Source of the DNA: a bacterium
Lineage (GTDB): Bacteria; Chloroflexota; Anaerolineae; Aggregatilineales; Phototrophicaceae
Direction of reading: 5' to 3'
Assembly: GCA_033764035.1 (NCBI GenBank)
Contig: JANRJJ010000026.1
Location: forward strand, 46,840 to 110,839
DNA length: 64,000 bases
The notes beneath the pieces are model-generated. The model was given only the letters and a program-made list of their open reading frames with translations, was not told the origin of the DNA and searched no databases. This document shows, one piece after another, positions 1 to 9,552 of this stretch. The position numbers and the translations under genes were made by a program. Position 1 is the stretch's first letter, and every line of letters begins with the position of its first letter.

Positions 1-1833
1 CCGCTGTACCAGCGCCGCATGATCGACAACAACGCGATGGACTTCGATGACCTGCTCATGCAGACGGTTGTGCTGCTGCGCGACCATGAAGCCGTGCGCC
101 AGAAATACCAGCAGCGCTTCGAGCATCTGCTCGTCGATGAATTTCAGGATACCAATACCGCCCAGTACCGCATGGTCAAGCTGCTGGCCGGGCAGCGCCA
201 GAATGTGTTCGTGGTGGGCGATGAAGACCAGAGCATCTATGCCTTTCGCGGGGCGGATTACCGCAACGTGATGCAGTTCCGCAAGGATTACCCCGAAGCC
301 CGTGTGATCCTGCTCGAACAGAACTACCGCTCCACCCAGGTGGTGCTGGATGTGGCGCGCAACATCATCGATAAGAACCCGCACCGCACCAAAAAACAGT
401 TGTTCACCGAAAAAGAGGGCGGCGCGCTGGTCAAGGTGCATGAGGCGTACAGCGAAACCGAAGAAGGCGTGTGGATCGTCGATGAAATTCGGGCGCTGAT
501 GCGCGGGCGCGGCCTGAGCTACCGCGATTTCGCCGTGATGTACCGCATCAATGCCCAGTCGCGGGCGCTGGAAGATGCCTTCAAGCTGAAAGGTGTGCCA
601 TACCGCATCGTCGGCGGCGTGGGCTTCTACCAGCGGCGCGAAGTCCGCGATGTGGTGGCGTATCTGCGCGTGATCAACAACCCGACCGATGGCGTGAGCC
701 TGAACCGGATCATCAACGTCCCCACACGCGGAATCGGAGAAAAGACCGCGGCCACCTTTCATCAGTGGGTGGCGGAACGCGGCGGCGGCTATTTACAGGC
801 GCTTGAAGCGCTGGCGAGCGGGGCGCTCGCTCCGCTGACCGGACGTTCCAACAAAGCGCTGGTCGATTTTGCCCGGCTGATCGTCGAGATGCGCAAGATC
901 GCCTTTCCGGGCGACGATACCCCGACCGATCTGACCATGCTCTACGACGAGATCATGGCGCGCACCGGCTACGCCGGATATTTGTCGGAAATCAGCGATA
1001 CGCCCGAACAGATCACCGACCGCATCGAAAACTTACGGGCGCTGCGCGGGTTGATCGACAGCAAGAAGGATTTAGCGCTCGATGATTTTCTGGCCGATGT
1101 CTCGCTGAACGTGGAGGCCGATACCGACACCAGCGACGGCGACAAAGCCGCCAACAGCGTGACTCTGCTCACGCTGCACGCGGCAAAAGGCCTGGAATAC
1201 CCGGTCGTGTTCATCACCGGGGTGGAAGATGGCATCCTGCCGCATTCGCGCAGCCTGAACGAACCCGACGAGATGGCCGAAGAACGCCGCCTGATGTACG
1301 TCGGCCTCACCCGCGCCCGCGAACAACTGTACCTGACGTATGCGTTCCGGCGGTCGCTGTATGGCGAAAGCGTGCCAAGCATCCCATCGCGCTTTTTTAA
1401 GGATGTTCCCGCGCACCTGACCGAAGGATCATCGACCCAGGTCAAACACATGAGCGAACGCGAAGCTTACCGCGAAGCCACGCGCTGGGATCGGGATGAC
1501 GCACCGCGTCATCTCGACGCACCGCGTCAGGCCGAATGGCAGCCGCCCACCCGCCGCACGAAATCCGACGACGAGCCGCGCTCGAAGGTGATCGCGTTTC
1601 CGGGTACGGCAGCGTCCGGGAACGGTGCGCCGCGCACCCCGGCACCGCGCCCGCCCGACAGCGCCCTGAAATTCAAGGCGCGCATGAAGGTCTACCACCC
1701 CAAGCTGGGGATCGGCGTGGTGGTAGACAGCCAGCGATCCGGCGACGATGAACTGGTCACGGTCAAATTTGACAGCTACGGCACGAAAACCATGATGGCG
1801 GGCTTCGCCAAGATGCGCATCATCGACGGATGA
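1..1833 (+). CDS. pcrA: ATP-dependent DNA helicase PcrA/UvrD, 5'-truncated by window edge
   Basis: Motifs LLVDEFQDTN, VVGDEDQSIYAFRGA, LEQNYRS, TLHAAKGLEYP, EERRLMYVGLTRA; C-terminal Tudor-like tail (VYHPKLGIGVV). Frame is open from base 1. Confidence 0.92.
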   Translation, partial: PLYQRRMIDNNAMDFDDLLMQTVVLLRDHEAVRQKYQQRFEHLLVDEFQDTNTAQYRMVKLLAGQRQNVFVVGDEDQSIYAFRGADYRNVMQFRKDYPEARVILLEQNYRSTQVVLDVARNIIDKNPHRTKKQLFTEKEGGALVKVHEAYSETEEGVWIVDEIRALMRGRGLSYRDFAVMYRINAQSRALEDAFKLKGVPYRIVGGVGFYQRREVRDVVAYLRVINNPTDGVSLNRIINVPTRGIGEKTAATFHQWVAERGGGYLQALEALASGALAPLTGRSNKALVDFARLIVEMRKIAFPGDDTPTDLTMLYDEIMARTGYAGYLSEISDTPEQITDRIENLRALRGLIDSKKDLALDDFLADVSLNVEADTDTSDGDKAANSVTLLTLHAAKGLEYPVVFITGVEDGILPHSRSLNEPDEMAEERRLMYVGLTRAREQLYLTYAFRRSLYGESVPSIPSRFFKDVPAHLTEGSSTQVKHMSEREAYREATRWDRDDAPRHLDAPRQAEWQPPTRRTKSDDEPRSKVIAFPGTAASGNGAPRTPAPRPPDSALKFKARMKVYHPKLGIGVVVDSQRSGDDELVTVKFDSYGTKTMMAGFAKMRIIDG

Positions 1834-1863
1834 TTGACGCGGCGGGATCGAGTCTGTTACACT
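1834..1863 (+). promoter_or_regulatory. sigma70-type promoter of the tRNA
   Basis: TTGACG (1834-1839), 18-bp spacer, extended -10 TGt-TACACT (1855-1863), 20 bp before the tRNA. Confidence 0.6.
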
Positions 1864-1883
1864 GATCCCAGATAGACAAAGGC

Positions 1884-1956
1884 GGGGCTGTAGCCCAACG
1901 GCAGAGGCAGTTCACTTAAAATGAATTCAGTGTGGGTTCGAATCCCACCAGCCCTA
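1884..1956 (+). tRNA. tRNA-Leu (anticodon TAA), short variable loop, CCA not encoded
   Basis: Acceptor GGGGCTG/CAGCCCT plus A73; D arm GCC..GGC; anticodon arm GTTCA-CTTAAAA-TGAAT; T arm GTGGG-TTCGAAT-CCCAC; 73 nt. Confidence 0.93.
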
Positions 1957-1967
1957 TCAGCCAATGA

Positions 1968-2006
1968 CAGGCGCAAGGAGTCGGAAATCCTTGCGCCTGC
2001 TTTTTT
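1968..2006 (+). terminator. Rho-independent terminator after the tRNA
   Basis: 12-bp stem CAGGCGCAAGGA/TCCTTGCGCCTG, 8-nt loop, then C and T6. Confidence 0.85.
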
Positions 2007-2024
2007 GCACGGCGCTGGTAACGC

Positions 2025-2315
2025 CTAGCGCCGCCCGCGAATCATACGACCGAGCGCGATCAGCACGACCGCGCCCACCACCGCGACGACGATGCTCACC
2101 ACGAACCCGCCCAGGCCGCCTTCCACACGGTTGATCCCCAGGATGCCCAGCAGTGTGTTGCCGACGAACGAGCCGATCAACCCCAGTACGATGTCATTGA
2201 TCAACGGCTGACGCGATTCCATGATGCGGTTGGCCAGGCTGCCGGCAATCGCGCCGGCGATCAGCCAGCCAATGCAGACGAATGGGGCGGCGACGAGTTG
2301 ACCGAAAAAGTCCAT
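2025..2315 (-). CDS. GlsB/YeaQ/YmgE (transglycosylase-associated) small membrane protein
   Basis: 96 aa from MDFFGQ; Gly-rich hydrophobic helices (WLIAGAIAGSLA, IVLGLIGSFVG, VAVVGAVVLI). Confidence 0.75.
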   Translation of the reverse strand: MDFFGQLVAAPFVCIGWLIAGAIAGSLANRIMESRQPLINDIVLGLIGSFVGNTLLGILGINRVEGGLGGFVVSIVVAVVGAVVLIALGRMIRGRR

Positions 2316-2500
2316 GATCTTGTCCTTTGTGTGTGAACGACGGCGCACAGCGGCACTGGGCGAACTGTCACCACCCGGTACGACGATCATAGTGTACGCC
2401 AAAAGGCCGCCTGCCGTTGCACCATCGGCCACGCTGCCTTGCGCTGATTCGGCGCGTGTGGTCAAATGAGCAGCTCTTTTCCGGCTTCAGGCGTTTGCTT

Positions 2501-3697
2501 ATGACCGATACGACATCCACCCCCGGCGCGCTCGACGGCGTGCGCGTCCTCGATTTCACCCGCGTGCTGGCGGGCCCGTTCTGCACCATGCTGCTGGCCG
2601 ACCTGGGCGCAGAGGTGATCAAGATCGAAGACCCATTGACGGGCGATGAAACCCGCCAGTGGGGGCCGCCCTGGGCGGAAAACGGGATCAGCGCGTATTA
2701 CCTGAGCGTGAACCGCAACAAACGCGGCGTGACTCTCAACCTGAAAACGCCGGAAGGCCGCGAGATCGCCCGCGCGCTGGCCGCGCACAGCGACATCGTG
2801 ATCGAAAATTTCAAGCCGGGCGGCATGGAGGGGTTTGGCCTGGGTTATGCTGACCTGGCAGCGCTCAACCCGGCGCTGGTGTATGCCAGCATCACCGGGT
2901 TCGGGCAGACCGGACCGTATCACGATCACCCTGGGTACGATTTCGTCGTGCAGGCGATGAGCGGCCTGATGTCGATCACGGGGGAGGCAGACGGCACGCC
3001 GCACAAGGTCGGCGTGGCCATCAGCGACGTGATTGCCGGGCTGTACGCCGCCTCATCGGTGCTGGCGGCGCTGCATCATGCGCGGGCGACCGGGCGCGGC
3101 CAGCACGTCGATATTGCCCTGCTCGATACGCAGATCGCCGCGCTGGTCAATGTCGCCAGCGCCGCCCTGGTGAGCGGGCAAGCGCCCCGGCGCTATGGCA
3201 ATGCGCACCCGAACATCGTCCCATACCAGCCGTTCCAAGCCGCCGATCAACCCTTTGCGCTGGCCGTCGGCAATGATCGCCAGTTTCGCGCCCTGTGCGC
3301 GTTGATCGAACGCCCGGAATGGGGCGACGACCCGCGTTTTGCCACCAACCCCGCCCGCGTCGCACACCGGGAAACGCTGGTAGACCTGCTCGGCCAGGTC
3401 TTTCGGAGCCGCCCCGCCGCCGCCTGGGTGGAATCGCTGGTCGGCGCGGGCATCCCGGCGGGGCTGGTGAACACGATCCCGCAGATGTTCGCAGATACTC
3501 ACATGACCGCACGCGGCCTGATCGCCGACATTGACGGCCTGCCGATGATCGCGCCGCCCGTGCATTTCAGCGCGACCGCGCCCACCGTGCGCACCCCGCC
3601 GCCCGCACACGGCCAGCATACCGATTCGGTGTTACAGGCACTTTTAGGGCTGGATGCCGATACGCTGCGCGACTACCATACACGCGGCATCGTATGA
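2501..3697 (+). CDS. Family III CoA-transferase (CaiB/BaiF)
   Basis: LDGVRVLDFTRVLAGPFCTMLLADLGAEVIKIE, NRNKRG, DIVIENFKPG, GYDFVVQAMSGLMS. Confidence 0.92.
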   Translation: MTDTTSTPGALDGVRVLDFTRVLAGPFCTMLLADLGAEVIKIEDPLTGDETRQWGPPWAENGISAYYLSVNRNKRGVTLNLKTPEGREIARALAAHSDIVIENFKPGGMEGFGLGYADLAALNPALVYASITGFGQTGPYHDHPGYDFVVQAMSGLMSITGEADGTPHKVGVAISDVIAGLYAASSVLAALHHARATGRGQHVDIALLDTQIAALVNVASAALVSGQAPRRYGNAHPNIVPYQPFQAADQPFALAVGNDRQFRALCALIERPEWGDDPRFATNPARVAHRETLVDLLGQVFRSRPAAAWVESLVGAGIPAGLVNTIPQMFADTHMTARGLIADIDGLPMIAPPVHFSATAPTVRTPPPAHGQHTDSVLQALLGLDADTLRDYHTRGIV

Positions 3698-3722
3698 ATG
3701 ACCCGGAATAGAACAAAGTTTC

Positions 3723-3751
3723 TTGACCTGGGTTCGGATCAAGCGTATACT
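3723..3751 (+). promoter_or_regulatory. sigma70-type promoter
   Basis: TTGACC, 17-bp spacer, TATACT, 40 bp upstream of the VOC gene ATG. Confidence 0.6.
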
Positions 3752-3791
3752 GTTCATGTAGTTGTGCCGATGAACACCCAGGAGTCCTGAC

Positions 3792-4226
3792 ATGATCATG
3801 CCCATTCTGACCGTGAAAGATGTCGCACGCAGCATCACCTTCTACGAAAAAATCGGGTTTCGCGAACAAATGGCGCTGGACGATGCACAGGGCGTGAAGA
3901 ACTTCGCCATCGTCGAACGCGGCAGCCTGAACATCGCCCTGGGAGTCGATGAAACCCATGAATTCGACCGCTATGCCCCTGGCGTGCAGTTCATGATCTA
4001 CCTTGACCCCGCCGACCAATCCATCGACGACCACCATGCGCAAACGGTGAACAACGGCATTGCTATCGCCACTGAACTTGGGACGGCCTATTGGGGCGAC
4101 CGCACCTACTCGATTACCGATCCCGATGGCTATTTCCTCACCATCGCCCAGGAGCATCACGCGGTCGATATGGAATATGTCGCCAAAGTCCATCGCGGTG
4201 AAGCCGCGCCGGATAAAACGGAATAG
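3792..4226 (+). CDS. VOC (glyoxalase/bleomycin-resistance) family protein
   Basis: ILTVKDVARSITFYEKIGF and YWGDRTYSITDPDGY motifs; AGGAG RBS. Confidence 0.85.
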   Translation: MIMPILTVKDVARSITFYEKIGFREQMALDDAQGVKNFAIVERGSLNIALGVDETHEFDRYAPGVQFMIYLDPADQSIDDHHAQTVNNGIAIATELGTAYWGDRTYSITDPDGYFLTIAQEHHAVDMEYVAKVHRGEAAPDKTE

Positions 4227-4238
4227 ACGGGGCGCACA

Positions 4239-4781
4239 TCACGCCAGCGCGAACACCGCCTGGCGGATCGTCTCGCGCAGCGCCAGCCGTTGATCGGCAT
4301 CGTAGCGCACGATGAGTGTGGACGCGGCGGGCGGCGCACCGTCATCCTGGTAGTACAGGTCGAACTGCGTGCGGATCAGCTTGAAATACGATTCGGGATC
4401 GTAAAACGGCGCGGCGAACGGCAGCCGTTTCACGCCAACGCGCATTTCGACCGCTTCCGTTTGCCCTTCGGGATCAGGTGCGACCGCCCACACGCCCATC
4501 AGCGTGAGCGTTTTGTAGCCCAGGTATCCTGGCGGACGGTGCCAGATCATCGCGCCGACCCAGGGCTGCGGCGTGAGTCCCAGGCGCGCCGCTGCACCAT
4601 GACACAGCGCGGGCGAAAAGCGCACCCGGCGCGCATCGTCCAGCGCCCCCAGCGCATTGACCGCATCGAGCGCGGCGGCCAGCCGTTTCTGCGCTTCACG
4701 CAGCGGGGCGCGCTTCTGTTCGCGCTGGTACGCGGCGATCAGCGAGAGCAGGTCGGTTCGGGATCGTTTGGTCGGGGGCAT
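4239..4781 (-). CDS. Hypothetical protein
   Basis: 180-aa ATG ORF filling the gap between two genes; no motif recognised. Confidence 0.6.
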   Translation of the reverse strand: MPPTKRSRTDLLSLIAAYQREQKRAPLREAQKRLAAALDAVNALGALDDARRVRFSPALCHGAAARLGLTPQPWVGAMIWHRPPGYLGYKTLTLMGVWAVAPDPEGQTEAVEMRVGVKRLPFAAPFYDPESYFKLIRTQFDLYYQDDGAPPAASTLIVRYDADQRLALRETIRQAVFALA

Positions 4782-4860
4782 ATTGGTTTCGCGTTCGGGC
4801 GAACTCGCCTATACTGAACAGGATGAGGCCAATTTTAACACGCAAGGAGAACCCCTGGCG

Positions 4861-5475
4861 ATGACGCACTATCAATACCCGCTCAAGCTGCGTTTCAAGC
4901 TGTTGGCGATGTCGCCACAGATCATCATCACCGATTCGACCGAACAGCAGGTCATGTACGTACACCAGAAGGTGTTCAATATCCGCGAAGATATTCGCGT
5001 GTTCACCGATGAAAGCCGTTCGACCGAAATTTTCCGCGTCAACACCGAACGCATTCTCGACATCAATTCCAAATACCGCTTCACCAACCAGACGACGGGT
5101 GCCTACCTGGGGCATGTCCGTCCGGCATCGCTGCGCACAATCTGGCAGGCGACGTACCTGATCTACGATCAGCACGATCAGCCGCAGCATCATATCAAAG
5201 AGGACAATCCCTGGGTAAAAGTCCTGGATTCGGTGATCGGCAGCATCGAGTATATCGGCTGGTTCACCGGGTTCTTCCTCAATCCATCGTTCACGATCTA
5301 CCGGGGCAGCAGCCGCGAGGATGTCAGCCAGCCCTTGTTTCACCTGAAAAAAGAGCCATCGTTCTTTGAGAGCAGTTTCATCCTCAGCCAGGTAGGGGAA
5401 GTGTCGGCGGAAGAAGAAGCCCGCATCCTGTTGGGGACGCTGCTCATGGTGCAGTTCATGCGCCGTCGCGGGTAA
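4861..5475 (+). CDS. Hypothetical protein, LURP-one/scramblase (Tubby C-terminal)-like
   Basis: AAGGAG RBS before MTHYQYP; repeated beta-strand pattern (VMYVHQKVFNIREDIRVFTD, YLGHVRPASLRTIWQATYLI). Confidence 0.6.
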   Translation: MTHYQYPLKLRFKLLAMSPQIIITDSTEQQVMYVHQKVFNIREDIRVFTDESRSTEIFRVNTERILDINSKYRFTNQTTGAYLGHVRPASLRTIWQATYLIYDQHDQPQHHIKEDNPWVKVLDSVIGSIEYIGWFTGFFLNPSFTIYRGSSREDVSQPLFHLKKEPSFFESSFILSQVGEVSAEEEARILLGTLLMVQFMRRRG

Positions 5476-5516
5476 ACGACACCCGTTCGCGGGTAAACGA
5501 CACCCGTTCGCGGGTA
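5466..5516. repeat. Tandem 21-bp repeat x2.4, each unit a hairpin
   Basis: TCGCGGGTAAACGACACCCGT at 5466 and 5487, partial copy at 5508; internal CGGGT/ACCCG inverted repeat. Confidence 0.9.
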
Positions 5517-5791
5517 GAGGAAACCCGCAGCAAACCCCTCAGGTTTACTGGCGAACCGGGTTCGCCTTGGAGAGCGACGGCTCAACGCAGTCGTGCAGGG
5601 TGAGGGGTGGTGTCGAGCGAGCATGAATTTGATGGGTTTGCCCCGTTCGTGGGTGAATCTGGGCGTGGTCAGCGCCATGTTCAGCGCTCTGTTCAGCGCT
5701 GCATGATACGAAAGCAGGATACTGCGGCAGGTTCAACCCCTGCCGACCATATCCACTTTATTGCAGCAGGGTGCAAAGGGCTTTCATTCAC

Positions 5792-6550
5792 ATGGCACAA
5801 TTTGCGAACAAGGTAGCACTGGTCGTCGGCGGCACACTGGGCATTGGCGAACGAACGGCGGTCGAACTGGCGGCTGAGGGCGCGCACGTCGTGGTTGCCG
5901 GGCGCAGCGCGGAACATGGCCAGCGCACCGTTGACCTGATTCGTGGGCAGGGCGGCAGCGTGTCGTATCACCCGGTCGATGTGCAGGAACGCGATCAGGT
6001 GCAGGCGTTGGTACAGTATACCGTCGCTGCACATGGGCGGCTCGATTACCTGGTGCAGAGCGCCGGGCTGGAAGGGGCAGTCGCCAACACGGTTGAATGC
6101 ACCGATGAAAACTGGGCGGCGGTGATGAACACCAACGTGACCGGGACATGGTACTGTATGCGCTATGCCATCCCCGAAATGCTCAGGAACGGCGGCGGCG
6201 CAATCGTCAACGTCGCGTCGATCATCGGCTGGATCGCGTTTCCGGGCTTGCCCGCTTACACCGCCAGCAAAGCCGCCACGATTGCGCTGACCAAGACGAC
6301 GGCGCTCGAATATGCCAAGCAGAACATCCGCGTGAATGTGGTCTGCCCCGGCTCGATTCGCACGCCGATGTACAATCGTTTCAGCGGTGGCACGCCCGAA
6401 GCCGAAGCGTATATGGCGACGTTTCACCCCATTGGGCGCATTGGCGAACCGCCCGAAGTATCGAGCGCGATCCTGTGGCTGCTTTCGGATGGCGCGTCGT
6501 TCGTGACCGGGCATGTGCTGCCCGTCGCCGGCGGGTGGGAAGTGCCGTAA
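5792..6550 (+). CDS. SDR family oxidoreductase
   Basis: VALVVGGTLGIG, catalytic YTASK, NVVCPG, IGRIGEPPEV. Confidence 0.92.
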   Translation: MAQFANKVALVVGGTLGIGERTAVELAAEGAHVVVAGRSAEHGQRTVDLIRGQGGSVSYHPVDVQERDQVQALVQYTVAAHGRLDYLVQSAGLEGAVANTVECTDENWAAVMNTNVTGTWYCMRYAIPEMLRNGGGAIVNVASIIGWIAFPGLPAYTASKAATIALTKTTALEYAKQNIRVNVVCPGSIRTPMYNRFSGGTPEAEAYMATFHPIGRIGEPPEVSSAILWLLSDGASFVTGHVLPVAGGWEVP

Positions 6551-6568
6551 CGCACTCGCATCCACCAG

Positions 6569-6600
6569 TGGGAGAGCGCGCACGGCTCGCCGCTCTCCCA
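6569..6600. terminator. GC-rich hairpin between convergent genes
   Basis: 10-bp stem TGGGAGAGCG/CGCTCTCCCA; no U-tract. Confidence 0.5.
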
Positions 6601-6622
6601 TGCGTGAACCATCAGGCGCGGA

Positions 6623-7771
6623 TCAGCGCCAGTCCACCCATTCAAAATCGAACGTATCCAGGCGAATGCGTTGTTCAGCCCGGTTCGCCCGTGTGACGAT
6701 CACCAGTTCATCGTTTTCCTGGTGAACGTAGTACCGACCATCCGGCGAAAACCGCTTCTGTGGATGTTGCAGCGTTTCCCATGCTTCCACGCCAAAGCGC
6801 AGACGGTATTGTTCGCTGCCGATGTTGTCCCCGGTCACGGACAGCCGTTCCGCCGCAAACGTGATCGCGTCTCCTTCTGGTTCCCAACGCGGATTGTATT
6901 CAAACAGCACGTTGCTCGTCAAGCGTTCGGGCTGGGCGTTCGGCGTGTCCAGCCGCATCCGGTATATATCCATCAGGGTTGGCTCAAATTCGATGCTGGC
7001 GGAAAACAGCATTTCACGGCCATCCGGTGACCAGGCCGGTTCGTGTTCGCGGGCGAGCGGAGCCATAACATGGGCAGTCAGACGGCGCGGTTCGGCCTGG
7101 TCAAGCGCCCGAATGAAGATCGCGCCATATTCCTTACCCCGGCTGCTTAGGTAGGCGATCTGGCGTGAATCCGGCGACCAATCGAGATGCATTTCGTAAG
7201 CGGTATCGTTGGTCAGGTTGACGATCACTCCGCTTTCGACGTTGAGCAGGAATACATCGTGCGCGTTATCGATGGTGCGCTCGGTGATGAACGCGATCTG
7301 GCGGCGGTCTGGCGACCATGCGGCCATGCGTTCGTCGATGCTGTTGGCCGTCACCCGGCATACGCGCTCATCGCCCACCGTCACGATTACCAGCTCGCGG
7401 GCGTAGCCAAACCCGACCCCGATCATGATCCCGGACGGCAGCGGCAGATCGCACATCGGGTAGGGGGAGCGGATCAGGTCGTTTGTATTCGGTCCGGCAT
7501 CACGCGGGGCGCTGGGACTGAATGGATAGTTGTTCGGGTCTTCGCACTGGCGGCGCAAACTGCACACCCAGTACGGGTCGGTGACGGCCTTGACGATCAC
7601 CCCCGCCAGGAACACGATCATGGCCAGGCTAAGCACGACGACGATCAGGTTTTCCCCGCGCCTGGGGCGGGGCTTCGGTTTGCGCTTGCGCTGGAACGCG
7701 CCGTCTTCGACCGGGAGCAGTTCGCCATCGTCTCCCAGCCTGACCTTGAGCTTTTCCGGTTCGTGCTTCAC
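6623..7771 (-). CDS. Membrane-anchored TolB-like beta-propeller (PD40 repeats) protein
   Basis: One TM helix followed by AAWSPDRRQIAF, LDWSPDSRQIAY, PAWSPDGREMLF, PRWEPEG; GTG start after AGGAG. Confidence 0.8.
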   Translation of the reverse strand: MKHEPEKLKVRLGDDGELLPVEDGAFQRKRKPKPRPRRGENLIVVVLSLAMIVFLAGVIVKAVTDPYWVCSLRRQCEDPNNYPFSPSAPRDAGPNTNDLIRSPYPMCDLPLPSGIMIGVGFGYARELVIVTVGDERVCRVTANSIDERMAAWSPDRRQIAFITERTIDNAHDVFLLNVESGVIVNLTNDTAYEMHLDWSPDSRQIAYLSSRGKEYGAIFIRALDQAEPRRLTAHVMAPLAREHEPAWSPDGREMLFSASIEFEPTLMDIYRMRLDTPNAQPERLTSNVLFEYNPRWEPEGDAITFAAERLSVTGDNIGSEQYRLRFGVEAWETLQHPQKRFSPDGRYYVHQENDELVIVTRANRAEQRIRLDTFDFEWVDWR

Positions 7772-7815
7772 CTGGCTGTCTCTCCTGCGTTCGGTTCGTC
7801 GATGTGGTGATAGGC

Positions 7816-9429
7816 TTACATGCGGAATACCCCGTACTGCGTCTGGCGCAGGGGCGCAGCACAGACAATGCCTAATGCTAACCCCAACACCCGCCGCGTA
7901 TCCAGGGGATCGAGAATGCCGTCGTCCCACAGGCGGGCAGTCGCATAGTACGGGCTGCCTTCGCGCTCGTATTTATCGAGAATGGGCGCTTTGAAGGCGG
8001 CCTGCTCATCGGGCGTGAGGTCGGCCTTGCCTTCCCGCGCCAGTTGATCGCGCTTGACGGTGAGCAGGACGTTGGCCGCCTGTTCGCCGCCCATCACGCT
8101 GATGCGGGCGTTGGGGTACATCCACAGGAAACGCGGGGCATACGCCCGCCCGCACATGCCGTAATTGCCCGCGCCGAAACTGCCGCCGATGATGATCGTC
8201 AGCTTGGGGACGGCGGCATTGGCGACCGCGTGGACGAGTTTCGCACCATCTTTGGCGATCCCACCTGTTTCGGCCTGCTTGCCCACCATGAACCCGGTGA
8301 TGTTTTGCAGAAACAGGATCGGAATCCCCCGCGCCGTACACAATTCGACAAAATGCGCGCCTTTCAGGGCGCTTTCGCTGAACAGCACGCCGTTGTTGGC
8401 GATGATGCCGACCGGGAAACCTTCGATGTGCGCAAAGCCCGTGACCAGCGTCGTGCCGTAGTTCGCCTTGAATTCGCGGAAGCGGCTGCCATCGACGACG
8501 CGGGCGATCACCTCACGCACGTCGTAGGCTTCGCGGAACGTGGCCGGGAGGATGCCGTACAGCTCTGCCGGGTCGTAAACTGGTGGTTCGGCTGGCCGCA
8601 CTTCGACCTGAAACGACTTCGGACGGTTGAGCGTCCCGACGATCTCGCGGACGATGCGCAGTGCGTCCGCGTCATCGTGCGCAAAATGATCGGCCACGCC
8701 CGATTTTTGCGTATGCACCCATGCACCGCCCAGTTCCTCCGCGCTCACCGTTTCGCCCGTCGCCGCCTTGACCAGCGGCGGCCCGCCCAGGAAGATCGTC
8801 CCCGTCCCCTGCACGATCACGGTTTCATCGCTCATCGCCGGGACATACGCCCCGCCCGCTGTGCAGCTTCCCATCACAGCGGCGATCTGCGGGATGCGGG
8901 CAGCGCTCATCACGGCCTGATGATAGAAGATGCGCCCGAAATCGTCGGCATCCGGGAACACCTCATCCTGAAGCGGCAAAAATGCCCCGCCGCTGTCCAC
9001 CAGGTAGATGCACGGCAGATGATTTTCGAGCGCGATCTGCTGCGCCCGCAGATGCTTTTTCACCGTGATCGGGTAATACGTGCCGCCCTTTACCGTCGCA
9101 TCGTTGGCGACGATCAGGCATTCGACTCCGTTCACCCGGCCAATGCCCGTCACGATCCCGGCGGCGGGGGTATCGTCGTCGTACAAGCCCGCGCCCGCCA
9201 GCGGCGACAGCTCCAGGAACGGCGCGCCGGGGTCGATCAGCCCGTCGATGCGGTCGCGCACGAACAATTTACCCTGCTCGCGGTGGCGCTGCTGGTATTT
9301 CGTGCCGCCGCCCTGCCGTGCCATCTCCAGCCGTTGGCGCAGTTCCGCCGCCCATGCGCGCTGCTGCGCCGCATTGCGCGCGAACCCTTCGCTTGTGGTG
9401 TCTACCAGCGATTCGAGTCTGTCCATCAT
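7816..9429 (-). CDS. mccB: Acyl-CoA carboxylase carboxyltransferase, 3-methylcrotonyl-CoA carboxylase beta type
   Basis: [65 protein letters not shown]. Confidence 0.88.
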   Translation of the reverse strand: MMDRLESLVDTTSEGFARNAAQQRAWAAELRQRLEMARQGGGTKYQQRHREQGKLFVRDRIDGLIDPGAPFLELSPLAGAGLYDDDTPAAGIVTGIGRVNGVECLIVANDATVKGGTYYPITVKKHLRAQQIALENHLPCIYLVDSGGAFLPLQDEVFPDADDFGRIFYHQAVMSAARIPQIAAVMGSCTAGGAYVPAMSDETVIVQGTGTIFLGGPPLVKAATGETVSAEELGGAWVHTQKSGVADHFAHDDADALRIVREIVGTLNRPKSFQVEVRPAEPPVYDPAELYGILPATFREAYDVREVIARVVDGSRFREFKANYGTTLVTGFAHIEGFPVGIIANNGVLFSESALKGAHFVELCTARGIPILFLQNITGFMVGKQAETGGIAKDGAKLVHAVANAAVPKLTIIIGGSFGAGNYGMCGRAYAPRFLWMYPNARISVMGGEQAANVLLTVKRDQLAREGKADLTPDEQAAFKAPILDKYEREGSPYYATARLWDDGILDPLDTRRVLGLALGIVCAAPLRQTQYGVFRM

Positions 9430-9552
9430 GTCACCCTGCCTGCTACGCCTGGTCGTGTCTTCTTAGCCATACCCAACCCCCGCCTTTTGCGCTATGATTG
9501 CCCGCGTTTCAGTCCTTCTTTCCGTGCCATTTTCCACCGGAGTTCGGTTTCT

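Noticed and set aside
1884-2010. tRNA as an integration site for an island
   Set aside because: No integrase follows, and I saw no duplicated tRNA 3' end elsewhere in the window.
3710-3723. AGAAC-AAAG-TTTCT SOS-like box at the VOC promoter
   Set aside because: A single 1-mismatch hit before a gene with no DNA-repair link; expected by chance.
5668-5705. Short GTTCAGCGCT 12-bp tandem duplication
   Set aside because: Only two good copies and no context; too weak to interpret.
8044-9552. N-terminal 500 aa of the predicted 1041-aa ORF 8044-11169
   Set aside because: Antisense to the carboxyltransferase gene; the protein-like sequence starts at ATG 9553.
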